This document shows, in pieces, positions 26,308-39,723 of a DNA stretch of 64,000 nucleotides. The first letter of the stretch is position 1, and every line of letters starts with the position of its first letter. A program made the position numbers and the translations under genes. The notes under the pieces were generated by a model. That model saw nothing but the letters and a program-made list of their open reading frames with translations, made no database searches and was not told the origin of the DNA. This DNA is from Oopsacas minuta (taxonomy: Eukaryota > Animalia > Porifera), in the NCBI GenBank assembly GCA_024704765.1, contig JAKMXF010000155.1:186001-250000 (forward strand), in the 5' to 3' direction.

Positions 26308-27172
26308 CATAGCCTACTAAACATAAGGCCAAACAGTAACTCCTAAATTTTGAACCAGGGATGCAGTATTAGCTGCAGGGATATATATATGGTTTCTATA
26401 TTTATAGAAGCAGTGCATTTTGGATGATGCAACCATGTTGGTAGAACAAGAAATTCTATACCATTACATGATAAAAAATAAAGGAAAGGTGGCTAGTTGT
26501 TGGGTTGGACAGAGGCCATGGAAAAAATTTTTTAATAGTATTTAATTATAATCTGAGATGAGAATAGCCATTAAATACCATGAAGCTGACTTCCCATACT
26601 CTTGTAATATATTTTGAAATGATATTTCGTGCAAATGTGACAATGCTTTTTTCAAGATTGCTGGATATTTTTCAATTATTTCAGAACAAAATGTATTAAA
26701 AGGATATAGGAAACTTGGTGTATAGTATAATTTGGATATTCTGATTTACAAGAATTTTAACGATTCTCGAGTATGATTGAATAATATTAAAAATTTGTCA
26801 TCCATGGTCTCTATCGTAACTCAACAACTAGCCAACTTATGCATGACACATTATTGACATTTTGTATTAATGTATCTATAGATCATTTACTATATTCACT
26901 CTGAGATAATAAATGCAATATTTAGCGTCTAGATGGCATCAAAGAATGATATATTTTTAATAAATAAATCCTCACTAGTCACATAATTTTAACACATTCC
27001 TAAAACATTTTAGAATATATTGGTATAAAATTTGATGTTGTACAAATATGTAGTACATTTATTCATGCAAAATATACCGTTCTGCAATAAAAAAGCTATG
27101 TAAATAAATTATTTCAGCGAATACTGCATCCTGGTACTTTTACTGTTAAGGTCTTATGTTTAGTAGGCTAGG
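26308..27172. mobile_element. MITE-like element with two nested pairs of inverted repeats
   Basis: Outer TIR C(A/C)TAGCCTACTAAACATAAG...CCAGG(G)ATGCAGTATT. Inner inverted pair TGGCTAGTTGTTG.GTT...AGAG.CCATGGA at about 26484-26545 and 26780-26845. No convincing TSD. Confidence 0.6.
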
Positions 27173-27693
27173 TTGCTGTAAACCTCAAAGTCTTATTGGT
27201 ATATGGTAGAGACTAGTGATAATACCGACATTGATAATTTTCAGCTATTGCCGCAAAGCTATACGCTGGCTATCAGTCGACCGAAAGAATTTTCCCCGTC
27301 AATATTCATACTTCTCCAGTAATTGAGGATGATAACCCAAATTATGAGATTCTTTACGATAATTTGAATGATAGTAATAGTTAATCACATTCATCCAAAT
27401 TTTCACAATGAGGATGGAAATGAAAATATGAACAACATTTCATTGGATAAGGCTGAAAGTGTACAAAGTCAAACTTCAACAAAAGTCCCTTGGATTTATA
27501 CTTAAGCGTGCTAGCCTCTCAGCAACTACATTAATTAGGTGTTTATGTCAAAAACTAATGATACGAAAATTAATATTACATGGACTAATCAAGATATACA
27601 TAATCAATTTCAACCAAGTATAGAAGAGAGAATTTTGACGCTACGAAATTTATAGACTATCTGCAAGAAAGTAAATATGGAAACGCTTATGAT

Positions 27694-27828
27694 CAGGGCG
27701 TAGCTACGACCGCTCGAAGGGTGCGACATAGGTGAGGCATTGCCGTGCATTTAGTATATTTCTATGTAAACCTTGGTGAGAACACGCAAATTAGGTGCGG
27801 CATGTGCCGCACCCTAGCTACGCCTTTG
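27694..27828. mobile_element. Minimal hAT MITE (135 bp)
   Basis: TIR CAGGGCGTAGCTA versus CAAAGGCGTAGCTA; perfect 8-bp TSD CTTATGAT. Confidence 0.85.
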
Positions 27829-28412
27829 CTTATGATATACGCTACAAACAGTGGAGGATGGTTCTCTGAGTGAACTTTCTAGACTTTAACTTATAGCTTT
27901 GAACGCTGGTCCCAGAATCTCGGTCATAATCCATTAATATTTGATACAAGTCATGGAACGAAAAAATACCCACTTAAATTTTATGCCTTACTACGATTGA
28001 TAATTATTCGAAACCTTTTTTGCTATTATTGCCTGTTCTCTAATTGATCGTGAACCCAGGAATCATTTGAATTGTGTTTTACTCAATTTCTAAAGGATTT
28101 TTACCACCAAAATTATAATAACAGATGGTGACCCTACGATGGCTTGTGCAAGTATAATTTCCTTGCATTACACTTCTCATTTGCACCTTTCATATTGGGA
28201 AAATGTAGTATCGCAACCCCTGTATAGTTGGCGAGGTGAAAGATTAAACAATAATTGTACCACATTCCTGCAATCTGGAACAAGCAAGAAACAGGATTCT
28301 AATTCTCGTTTACAATCTGATAAAGAGTAATAATTTAGTTGAATAAGTTCGATCTAGGCAAGAAATGGCCAATGAATATGTTGACCCCCTTATGGCATTA
28401 AATTATATACTA

Positions 28413-29756
28413 CAGGGTGTACATAATTGATGACTATTTCACTATACCTATATACCATACAACGGCACTCATATTTATTTAACTATAGTAAAAGGTTTGC
28501 CATTATCCGATTATATCAATCCTTTAGTACCATTTATTTATGCATTTTCAAACTAATGTTCATGTCTATGTCCAAAAATATTTAATAGTTTATGCTCCCT
28601 AATATCTTAGCAATATCATGGTCAAAGAACACAAGATTAATATTAGAAACCAGGCTGTAGGGATGTTATTAGGTGGTATGATGCAAAGGCGCGTTTGCAA
28701 TTTACTTGGAGCATCCTTGCGTACTGTCGGACGATGGTGGACCCAATACCAGAAGGGAATCTCATTGGAAAATAAATGTGGTAGAGGACTGAAGGTTTCG
28801 TTATCAAAAATTGGAAAATCGTCATTTCTAAGTCACTAACAAAGAAACACCAATCTACAAGAAAATTGTCGGGAAAACTTAAGTCTAAGGGTATTATAGC
28901 ATCACATATGACTGTCCAAAGGTATCTCAAGAATTCTATTGGAGCAACTAGTTATAAAAGACCGCTTCAGCCAAGATTATCCGAAAAACAGATTAAAGAT
29001 CGGATTTCTTTCTGTAAACAGACAGTCAATTGGACTGTTCAAGATTGGCGTATGGTGTTATTTTCTGATGAATCCCCCTATGAATTATTCCACATACCTA
29101 ATAGACAAAATGATCGTGTATGGGCAAGGAAGAAAGAATCAGTGGCCCCTCTGAGAAAATTAAATTTCCTTCTAAGATACATGATTGGGGAATGATGTCA
29201 TACAATGCGATATCAGAACTGCATATTATACCTAAGTCCTGTACAGTTACTGCAAAATATTATATCGAAGAAATACTGAAGAAGTCTCTGAAGATCGCAC
29301 TAAGGAGGAAAAGGAAGACTGGAGCTGTTCTAGTCAGAAGATTACTCTCAAACATGTCCAGGTACATCTTTCAGCAGGACGGGGCACCAGCTCATAATGC
29401 CATAAAGACTCAAGATTGGTGTAAAGACAATCTGAATTCCTTTTGGGAGAAAGGTATTTGGCCAGGCAACTCGCCAGGCTTAAACCCAATAGAGAATTTA
29501 CGGGCCATCATCCAAAGCAAAATTAATGAAATGGAAGTAGCAACCAATCTAAATATGCTTGAAAAACAGCTGAAACTGGCATTCTCTCAGATTTCCCCTG
29601 AGATTCTCGACAATCTGGTGAGTGGTATGCCTGAAAGGATTAAAACTTGTCTCAAATATAAAGGCAGATATATAGGAAAATAGATTGGACAGTGAATTCA
29701 TCGAACGTTAATTCATGCATATTTTTTCTGTAAGTCATCAATTATGTTACACCCTG
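28413..29756 (+). mobile_element. Tc1/mariner DD37E transposon, copy 3
   Basis: TIR CAGGGTGTACATAATTGATGACT versus CAGGGTGTAACATAATTGATGACT (one indel); TA on both flanks. Confidence 0.92.
28618..29683 (+). pseudogene. DD37E transposase pseudogene (two frameshifts)
   Basis: MVKEHKINIRNQAVGML; LFSDESPY; IFQQDGAPAHN...WPGNSPGLNPIEN; ends GRYIGK. Confidence 0.88.
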
Positions 29757-30652
29757 TAAATGATTTTTCTTTCGGCATAAATGTTCAGAATAAATCATAA
29801 ATCTATCTGCGTGCATTATGACAACCTGAACTCAAAACATCCATCAATTGTGTAGAGCGTGGCCTTAGACTTTGGTATGGCAGGACTGGTGTTATGCAAT
29901 ACAATGTTAGTTGTACTACCGATGAGTGGCTGAGCGTGTTCGATTATATTAGATGGCTAGACCGGCTGTCAAGAGCAGACTACGGTGTGTAGAAGTGGTA
30001 GACGTTCATCACGCAGACTCTTGTATATGCCCTCAACTTGCAGAAAAAAAATCATATGATATGCAAGGCCAAATATGCAACAAGCAACAATTTTGAAATT
30101 TCTCCAAGAAAATTTCCGTTCCGTTCAGTGAATCCCAATAAATTCATGTAAATTTCATATTATTGAAAAGAATATTTGGGCATAAATAATCAGTGCTCAC
30201 GCCTGTTTTAAATTGCTTCCGCCGCTACTGCTCTGGATACTAAAATTGGACGTACTACCTAAGTCCTATCCGAATATTCTTCATATACAATTAGTACAAT
30301 AATGCATAATCTGCTTTGGAGAAAGGACGTACTACGAGAGTACGTCCTTGAGTAGATTATGTACCAAAAAATGCACAGTAGCAATTAGGTAAGAACATCG
30401 CAAGAATGATTAATAATGAAATTCAACCAAATATGAATATTTTATTAAAACACTAATTCAATGGTTTTAGATTGAAAATTTCTTTTTTGCATATTTACCA
30501 ACCTCTTTTACAAATATCCCTAGATTTTCAAAATTTTCCACTTGATCTTGGGAGAATCCAGGGATCCCGTGAGGGTTGGCAAGTATGAGTTTGTTTCTTC
30601 TAGCCTACATCAAGTGATGGGACTGACAAACATTTATGATGGGGCCTGACCC

Positions 30653-30890
30653 CAGTGGCGTGGTGCTATTTGCCCCCCAAATATTCTCCGACTTCGCACA
30701 TCATTACTCCAAGGGACCAGAAAAATGTCAACTTTCTGGGCTAATGGCAAATCAAACGTTATTTCTTTCGATGACTTTCGCTCCTGGACCCTACTGACTG
30801 TCTACAGTGCCCATAGACCCTCATCTAGAACTTGTTGCACACTAGATTGAATTTGTGTCCCCCAGATTTCAAACCCACACGACGTCAATG
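30653..30890. mobile_element. Old hAT-type MITE (238 bp)
   Basis: TIR CAGTGGCGTGGTG versus CATTGACGTCGTG; TSD CCTGACCC/CCTAGCCC (6/8). Confidence 0.55.
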
Positions 30891-31168
30891 CCTAGCCCCA
30901 TCTTTAGGACAGCAACTTGTGGACATTAGGTCGCGGCACTTCATAGAAATACCAAATGATGCAAATTGACTGTATATCTAGGAATGTAAATAAATATAAC
31001 TCCTTTTAGATACGACTCAAATAATGTTCACATTATCCCATCGTGGTACCACTATTCCAGTGATAACCCACTTCGGCCTCATGTGTCACAAGAATGTATA
31101 AGTTAACTACTCAGTCATATTATCAGGGTATGGGAAGTTGGGTATATACTATAGGTCGATAAGATGAT

Positions 31169-34100
31169 CATTGGCGGGTCTAGGGGGATCCCAGGGTGCC
31201 ATGGATCCCCCATTCAGTCCTGTGGTTAGACTCCATGTCCAGCTAGCTTGCTAGCTAGATAATTGTCTATTGTTATAGGCTAAGCTACTAGTAATGATTT
31301 TGTACCTTGTTGATGTGTATCCATTGTATCAATCGCCAGAGGAGCTCTTTTTGAAGCAGCAAAAGCCTCAAGGTATCAAGCTTGGTATTTAAATTTTAGC
31401 TAGCTATTAAACGTTGCCAAGGAATTGGATTTTCCCTGGGAAAATCCGATTCCTTGGTCCACGTGCTGTCGTAATGACTAGCCAGATTAGAGGTTTACTG
31501 TGTCAGCCATCACCATGAGCATGGACAAGAGAAAGAAGCCCTCTGGGACACCCTCTATTACAAGTTTTTTGCTAAGAAGAGTAGACTTGGTAGGTCAACA
31601 TCTATAAAACTTATGGATATTTGAATCACTTAGTTACTAGCACAATGACATATACTGCTACAAGTGTAACTGTTTCTAACCAGTGAAACCATACAATTAA
31701 TAATAGCACGCTTAATACCATAGGTGACAACACACAGAGAGAAGATACAGAGGATACAGCTTCCATGCACACTGACAGTGATAGTGATAGTGTAGGTGAT
31801 AGCAGTGGGAGTGATGTTAGAAGTGAGGGTGAAGTTGATAGTCTTGTTGAGTGTGATATTGATAAACTCCAAGATTCACATATCGTTCTGCAACAGCTCT
31901 CAAGAGATCAGAAACATCGAATTCTAATGACTGAGCCAAATAGAGATCCTTCATCCTACCCTCGTACCCGCCCATATCCATCTTGCTCACTTAAACAGTT
32001 TCAGCCATCATGGATGAAGCAGCACCCCTGGTTGCACTACAGCCAGTTTGTAGATGGTACTTTCTGCCTTGTTTGCTCCAAGCAATGATGGTGGTCAGGA
32101 TTTAGGACAGTTTGTAACTTCATCTTTTAAGTGCTGGACAAAGATGGCCATGAAACCAATTACACGTGCTAGCAAGGAGTATCATCGCAGTGCAATGACC
32201 AGAATGAGGGAGTTCTTGGCCCGGTACGAGGATCCATCTCAGAGTGTTGGCACTATGTTGGACACCCAGGCACAGAGAGTAATGGATAACAACCAGAAGG
32301 TGATTGAGTCTCTGTTTAAGATAGTCATTCTCTGTGGGAAACAAGGCCTGGCTATGCGCGGTCACCGAGATGACAGAGTCCAATAGGAGGAGGAAGACGA
32401 AGGCTCAAATGAAGGTAACTTTGTCCAATTGGTCCGTTTTCGCGTAGAGACAGACAAAGTTCTGGCTGATTATCTTGCCAAGGGTCCGAAGAATGCTCGC
32501 TACACATCTAAAACCATTCAAAATGAGCTGGTGGGAGTTGTAGGTGACAAGATTCGTAGTGACATCATCGAAGAAGTCAAGGGTGCCAAGTTCTATTCCT
32601 TCATCGCGGATGAGGTGACTGACGCATCCAACAAGGAAGAGCTGTTCCTTGTTATTCGATATGTCCATGAGGGTCAGATCAGAAAGGTGTTCGTGAATTT
32701 TGTCGAGGTTCAGCGGATCACAGGACGGGTATTGGGTGAGGCCATTCTGAAATGGCTCAGAGATAACAATACCTCCCCAGCAGATATGCGTGGCCAGTGC
32801 TATGATGGTGCGTCAAACATGGCTGGAGCCAGATTAGGAGTGAGGTCAGTTGTACAAGCAGTTGCTTCCTAAGGTCATGTACTTTCGTTGTGCGGCTCAT
32901 CGCTTAAACCTCGCTGTGGTCTCCGCATGTAGCATTCAGGCATTTAAAAATGCAGAATCCTATGTAGGTGAGATATCGAGGTTTTTCAGCTTCTCGGCCA
33001 AGAGACAACGATTGTTAGACAAAGCAATTGAAGCTTCCAATCACACTTCCAAAGCTAGGAAACTGAAGGATTCCTGCAGAACGCGATGGGTGAAGCGAAT
33101 TGATTCGTATGCTGTTTTTTTAGAGCTACTTTCACCTCTCCACACGTGTCTCCAAGCCATGGTCGATCGCAATTCACACACAGAGCTAGGTACAGATTGG
33201 AGCTGGGATGGGGAAACCATCACTAAAGCAAACGGCTTTCTCTTTCAGCTTTAATCCTCCACATTCTTGATCTCTTTCCAGATTCTGATGCATTTTTTTC
33301 AGATCCTTAGAGAGTTAACGATCAAGCTCCAGATGAAAGCTGTTGATGTGGTGTATGCCTACAAACTAGTGAATAGAGTGGCGTCAACTTTAGAATCCAT
33401 GAGGAGCAGGTCAACTACCGAATTCCAGAAACAGTTTACTGAGGCTACAAAACTTGGCAAGCTGCTCTTCGGAAATGAGTTCCAGCAAACCACACTAAGG
33501 CTCACTGGTCGTCAAGCACACCGTAGCAATCCCCCATCAGCAACACCAGAGGAGTATTACAGAATTTCCATCTACAACGAGTTCTTGTCTCACATGTTAG
33601 CCGAGCTTGAGGCGAGGTTTGTCAAAAATCCTTCACAGGACATTGTGACTGGTTTGTTCTATCTTGTCCCCGGTGAGTGTGTTCAGCTAGACGAAGACAG
33701 TGACATTCCAGAAGAGCTGACTAAAGTGGTTGGGCATTTTGAATGTGATCTCCCGCATGCTGTGATGTTCCGTATAGAATACAGCTCCTGGGTGAGAGAA
33801 TGGAAGGAATGCTCAACATCAGTACTAGTGTCATTAGCAGATGCTCTACAGAAATGTAGCACTATCTCTTACCCAAACTTGACGGTTCTCCGGAAGATAG
33901 CACTGACGTTGCCAATAACATCTTGTGAGAGCGAGAGAAGTTTCAGTCAGTTAAACTCATCAAGACTGCAAGGAGAGCCACCATAACTGAGTCAAGGCTG
34001 AATTCATTAGCCTTGATGAAGATCAACAGAGATCGTTGCAACAAGCTCTCATCTGTGGAATACATTAAAGAGCTAGTTAAAACAGTTACTCAACTCCATC

Positions 34101-34447
34101 CCCGAAGAATGAAGCTTCCATTCATGCTAGAAGATTAACATTAACTGAAACTTGTTCAATAATTATTATCATGTATTTCTTTTATACTAGCTGATAGCCT
34201 TACCTGAGAATAACATTGTGATTCACAACTACTCATGTCAATCCATCTCACATGATTCAAGGATGGCTGTTAGCTTCTTGTTGTATATGTATACGTATAC
34301 TCATATACTGTCCTGACCTCTTATGCGGCCTTTCCTAATTAAGGGTCATCACGTGACCGGAAAATGCGTGGCCCCCTCCAAAAAATCCGGCGCGCCTGCG
34401 CGCCATAGTTTGGAACCCCCGTTTTGAATTGTCTAGATCCGCCACTG
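31169..34447 (+). mobile_element. hAT transposon (THAP12/PRKRIR- or ZMYM1-like transposase)
   Basis: TIR CATTGGCGGGTCTAG versus CAGTGGCGGATCTAG (13/15). The only flanking direct repeat is 5 bp, ATGAT. Confidence 0.82.
31515..34138 (+). pseudogene. hAT transposase pseudogene with a probable 5' intron (31590-31723)
   Basis: QPSWMKQHPWLHYSQFVDGTFC; LAMRGHRD; YTSKTIQNEL; ADEVTD; GQCYDGASNM; CRTRWV; LPITSCESERSFSQL; LHPRRM. GTAGGT donor and CCATAG acceptor join in phase 1 to the frame of ORF 31765. Confidence 0.85.
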
Positions 34448-37400
34448 ATGATTTGGCACTAACATTGAATTTTTTCTATAGGTTATATTGGTAAAAATGT
34501 ATCATCCATGGGAACTACAATAACTATGGAACGCAGCAACAATATTACGACAAATTTATTATATATTGTATGAAAAAACTCTTAAATCACGTGGTGTTAA
34601 TTTTGTAACTGTAAATGTATGAATAATCTATTTAACGAGTTTCCAACCTGGAGCATTTTGGGCAAGAAATATTCTTGTAAGCAAACAGATGACGTATTTT
34701 TGATAGATAGAGATTGTGTGCATTGTAAAATATGAATAATACATTTAATCAGGCGAAAGTGCACCAATTTGATTTGCAGTAACTAACAGAATAACATAGA
34801 ATAATGCGAGTCCATATATGTGAATATATGGACTTCCATTATTCTATGGTACAGGAAAATTTAGTTGGTGAACAGGCCTATAGAACGTAGGTCACTCCCT
34901 AGGGTACATCAGACCTGTAAAATTCAATTTTTGTCCATGAATTGGTCTATCTGAACTGACATGCGTTCTGAAAATATTTTTATTATATATTTGGTCAATA
35001 TCTATGTAATTAGCTTGGTGTGGCTAGAAAATTGATAAATGGAAAGAATTCAAAAGTTTATGTCCGAACAATGTCAACTAGCATGGTCAAATGGATTAAC
35101 CCAGTATATTATCTAATACATACGCAATAACACGTAGAATTGCCTGTATCAACAACACTGTTCGACAGCAAAATTACAAAACATAAAATCAATCCCACTA
35201 GCTGGTATGTTACATGCTGATTACGAAAATACCCTTTGTTTCCCTATAACGTATGGGTTTTTCGAAATTCTAGTTCAAATATCGCTATTCTATTGCAAAT
35301 ATTCTCACAGTTTTATCTTAGAGCTTCAGGAAATTGTAATGTAGTATCCTTATATGCAATCAATGATATTTCATTTTTGTTGTATGCGTTAAGTGGTTCA
35401 TTTGGGCATTTAACGAAGTGATTGCTCTAATATACTCAAACTATTAGAATTTTAAAGATTTGGTTCAGTTTGCACCCAACCTCAAGATGACTTCAGGTCT
35501 AGAGCAGTATATATTATAGGTGACCTCATCTTTGGGTATCTAAGGGACTAAATATATGTCTCCTCCGTTTCCAATAAATTTTGTAGCTAAGCCGTTATTC
35601 GATTATTGCATTTTTAGTGACGTAAGCTGTGATGACGTGAATATCAATTGCCCATTTATCTGAAAATACCTAACTAATCAAGTAGCTTTCGTCAGGATGC
35701 ATGCATCCCAACTATTAGAAGCTGTAAATAGATGAATAATCTGTTAGGAAAATTAAGGCGAATTAGGTTAGTGAAGTTAAGATGAGGTTGGTAGGTCAAG
35801 CTGACGGGAAGCTGTAAAATTCGAATAGTTTGAAAACAGTAGGATGGCTAAAAATACAGAGAAGAGTAATATAACGTATACTCACGTAAGAGTCATGATT
35901 GAATGCATTAATGCAGACAAAATATCAATCTCATAAATTTCTAAAATATATATGTTGAAAATAAACGTTGAGAGAAAGCGAGTAAGATTCAAAGTTTGAA
36001 ATTATACGATAAGAGTATCATATGATTGGAATAAAAATGACATTATTATATACTGTTAACACTGTCCAACAAAGTATCTGTTCCTTGGACATTATATCTC
36101 CGATTGTATGTTATAGAACATGCTGATTCCCGATTATAAATCTCATTACATTCAAGAACGTCACAATTTTCTAAAAATCAGGTAAAAAAGATTAAAAATA
36201 ACTAATTTTCCTTCAGTAAAAGTTAGTAGTAATGGTAAAACAAGGAGATTTGCACACTATTTTGTGTTTGGATCCAACTAAACCGAAAAAAGCACTATTT
36301 CAGATAAATTGATCAAGAAACTAATGAAATCATGAATGAAACTTTAAAAAAAATAGAGAAAAAATGACCAAAATTCGTATAATGTAGTGGTATGCAAATT
36401 TACCATACACCAAGATATTTCCATAATCAATCCAATAGACATGCACTAAAGTTCAGGAATCCAGATTGTTTTTACATGACAAACCTAAATTACATGAAAA
36501 ACTGTCTTAAATTTCATCAAATTTGCATGTTTGTGAGCTGTATACTATAAAATAATGACTTGCTGGAATATGACATGAGAAGATTCTGAATCAATAAATT
36601 GGATTATCCAGGTTGCAATATATAGAGTGAAGGCGACAGAAATATTTTCTAAATTTGTTGTAAAGTGCAATTATTGTTTAACAACAACTATAGAATGAAA
36701 ACGTATTGTACATACAATCATGTCTTAGTTATATTAGTAAAAAAACAAATATATTAGGCAATTTTTCAAAATATAGTATTTCAAAAAGTAATAAATATTT
36801 CTAAAAGAAATTGTAGAGACATAATCTAACAACTCTCAACCGTATCCAGAAGAAAGATTATGTCAAAAGAAAAATGAGAAGCCCCGGCAGATAACACATT
36901 ATAGTTGACTTGCTAGAAAATATTTCAAAACCTTAATTCTAAGCCATCATAAGTTATTCTACAATTCTGATGACATTTTGCATCCACCAACGCTATACTT
37001 TCGAATAATAACAAGTTGTTTTCGCTATCTATACGAAAAGTCGGTCAAATACATCGTTGACGTGAAAACGTATTTAGTTCGAATTGGCTGCTAACTTGCA
37101 GTCCGTGACTTGATGCAGAAAAACTGATGTTTTTGGAATCAGAATAGATGATAGCCTTAATAGTTACTGAACCAGAACTCTGACACTTAAATCGGTCAGC
37201 TGATTTAAGACGTCAATTACAATGTCCAACGCAGATATATATCGTTGGTCAATAGAGTATAATGGTATATTATCAATTATGCTGTTTCCGAAAATGGAGT
37301 CGGATGTACTCCATCAAGTCACAATTTGATAATAAACACCTTGAAAAATTATAAAATTGCCAGAATATCTGAAATTTTCCCGAATACTGAATTACACATT

Positions 37401-37549
37401 AGCAACTTGTGAGGCGCAATAGTAACATATTTTCGATCTATAGTATGCTCATATCTCGTTACAAATTGTTAAGTATAAATAGTACATATATTCATAAAAC
37501 TATATAGTATGATTGATACTTATCAATACAGTGGCAATTTATGATGTAA

Positions 37550-37830
37550 GCTCATGGGTACCCCCTCCGGCAGCCGAAATCTGGTAACAGGGGGAACGGC
37601 GAAAAGGTAACTTTTGGGAAGAAATATCATAAAAACAATAAAAGATAGAGATGTGAAATATACACATCATGTTGTAAACATATTGTAGATACTATTTATG
37701 CAATAGTTGATATTTCATCAATGTCAAAAAGTACCCGCTTTACCCTTATTGAGGAGTGGTTTGAGGCCAAAATTACGTGATGCTAGCCAAAGTCCAAAAC
37801 AAATTGTATAATAGACCTCCAAAATATTTA
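37550..37830 (+). repeat. Dispersed repeat family B, second copy
   Basis: Same-orientation similarity to 24965-25280. Confidence 0.6.
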
Positions 37831-38222
37831 TCAGGAATTCTTAACATGAGAACCATAGAAAATGCAATAATGTAAAATTGGAGTGCTATAACTCTGAAAT
37901 TGGCTAACTTCATAATGGAAATTTTTAATATTTTGTGAGGCAACATCAATTTTGAAACTATTAATTAATAATTCACAGATTACAGTGTTTGAATATAGGA
38001 GCAGTTTGAAATACTTGTTAATTAAGCAAGCAGATAACTTCATTTCTTCCTGGAAGTAATTTGTGGATTTAGACTATGTGCATCGTCAAATATCATAAAT
38101 ACATTCATTTTGGTCAATATATCCCATTTAATATTATCTGACAAAACTAATTTACCGATGTGAATATTGAGATATTCAATCAACCCCTGGCAGAAATTTT
38201 CGTGATCACCATTTCCTTAGTA

Positions 38223-38487
38223 GAGGGATCGGCAACCTTTATAAATCAAAGAGCCATTTTTAGGAACAGTAAAAGGACCAAAACGGTCCAAGAATCGCAT
38301 TACATATTTGAGGCATAGAATGAAGGTAACACGGCCTATTTATTAAGTCTAAATTAGCCAACGAAATACTAAAACAATGATGAATAACATTGTAAGTAAA
38401 AACAAATTCATTTCCATATAAAATATTCTGTCGAAGCGCTTGGAGCCAGCAGAGAGAGGCCAAAGAGCCAGAGGTTGCCGACCCCTG
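38223..38487. mobile_element. hAT (Charlie-like) MITE, 265 bp
   Basis: TIR GAGGGATCGGCAACC versus CAGGGGTCGGCAACC; TSD CCTTAGTA/CCTTAGTG (7/8); internal AAAGAGCCA repeats. Confidence 0.8.
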
Positions 38488-39243
38488 CCTTAGTGACTAG
38501 AAAGTAATGATATTCTATAATTTGAAAATTCATGAGTTCATAATAAATACTTTTGTGTCAAATAATATATCTGAAATTACGAATTCAATATTCTTGATGT
38601 TGATATTGTCAGATAGGGGCGTGAAGCAAGAATTGGAATTGATTTAGAAATCAGCGTAAAAATGGCTAGGAAATGGGATTCAAAGAAGAAATTCTCGAGT
38701 GAAAATATGTTGTTGACCATTGTTAGGTGTTACAGTGAGGTCCACACTTCAAATGGCCAATTTTTCCAAATGTGTCCAATTAATACCTTTACACAAGTTT
38801 CCAGAGGATCTAAGTGAATGTGGTAAGAAAATTTAAGTCAAATCCCAAAAATTGATTTTGGGTGTGCTGTGGCCTTATAGCCTCTCCAATAACTGGCAAT
38901 TAGAATAATTATATGAATGCAACTATAAAGCGATTTGAAATTAATTAATATGGAACGATGTTCTCTTCCCGAAATGTCTTATGACGCTAGGGTGTAGGGC
39001 ATAATCTGGATTCAGTATACTGAGGCTATAAACATAATTTCTAATTCATGATCCTGCACCAATTGGAGCAGCCACAGGCTGACAGCTTGGAAATTCCAAA
39101 AGCTGAAAAATGACTAGACCAACGCAGAGCAAAAGTCATAAAAAAGAAGCATATAAGAATAATTCCATTTAAAACATACACTAACCAAGTGGTGTTAAAC
39201 CATTTATTTAACTGGGCAATTTCAGATTATTCAGCACACACTG

Positions 39244-39723
39244 CACAGTGTGGCAAAATGGCCATACTGGAGAAATAGGTAAATGAATCTGTATATATTA
39301 ATGACGTTTTGTCAAATTTTGTCAAACAAGAGATGCTACACTTCAATTAATGAGAAACAACTCCAGATTATAACTTTGGGAGGGCCAAACTAGACACCCG
39401 GAAAAAAAGTACAAATGAATATCTAGACTAAGCTATCAATGATTTTATTGTTGTTACAATATAGATTTATTCTCAGAAGATGTTTTTCGCTCTTATATTT
39501 AGTATTTACATCAAATATGATTACATACATTAGGCATAGGAATTTGCGGTTTGAAAATATATATCTATTATTAGAATCACATAACAAAGTTGTGCGTAGT
39601 TAGGTTCCTACCTGCTTCTAATGCTGGCAATAATATTTTCTTACTAATTGAGCTATGAAGAATTCGAAAAATGCTTTGAAATGTTTTTAACATATGCCAA
39701 TTACCCCATATTGCCACACTGTG
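39244..39723. mobile_element. Non-autonomous Transib-type element (480 bp) with an exact RSS heptamer at both ends
   Basis: TIR CACAGTGTGGCAAAATGG versus CACAGTGTGGCAATATGG (17/18); 5-bp TSD CACTG/CACGG (4/5). Confidence 0.8.

Noticed and set aside
31630-31872. Thr-rich, hydrophobic 80-aa minus-strand ORF resembling a small membrane protein
   Set aside because: It is the antisense reading of the GATAGT/GACAGT (Asp-Ser) low-complexity stretch of the hAT gene.
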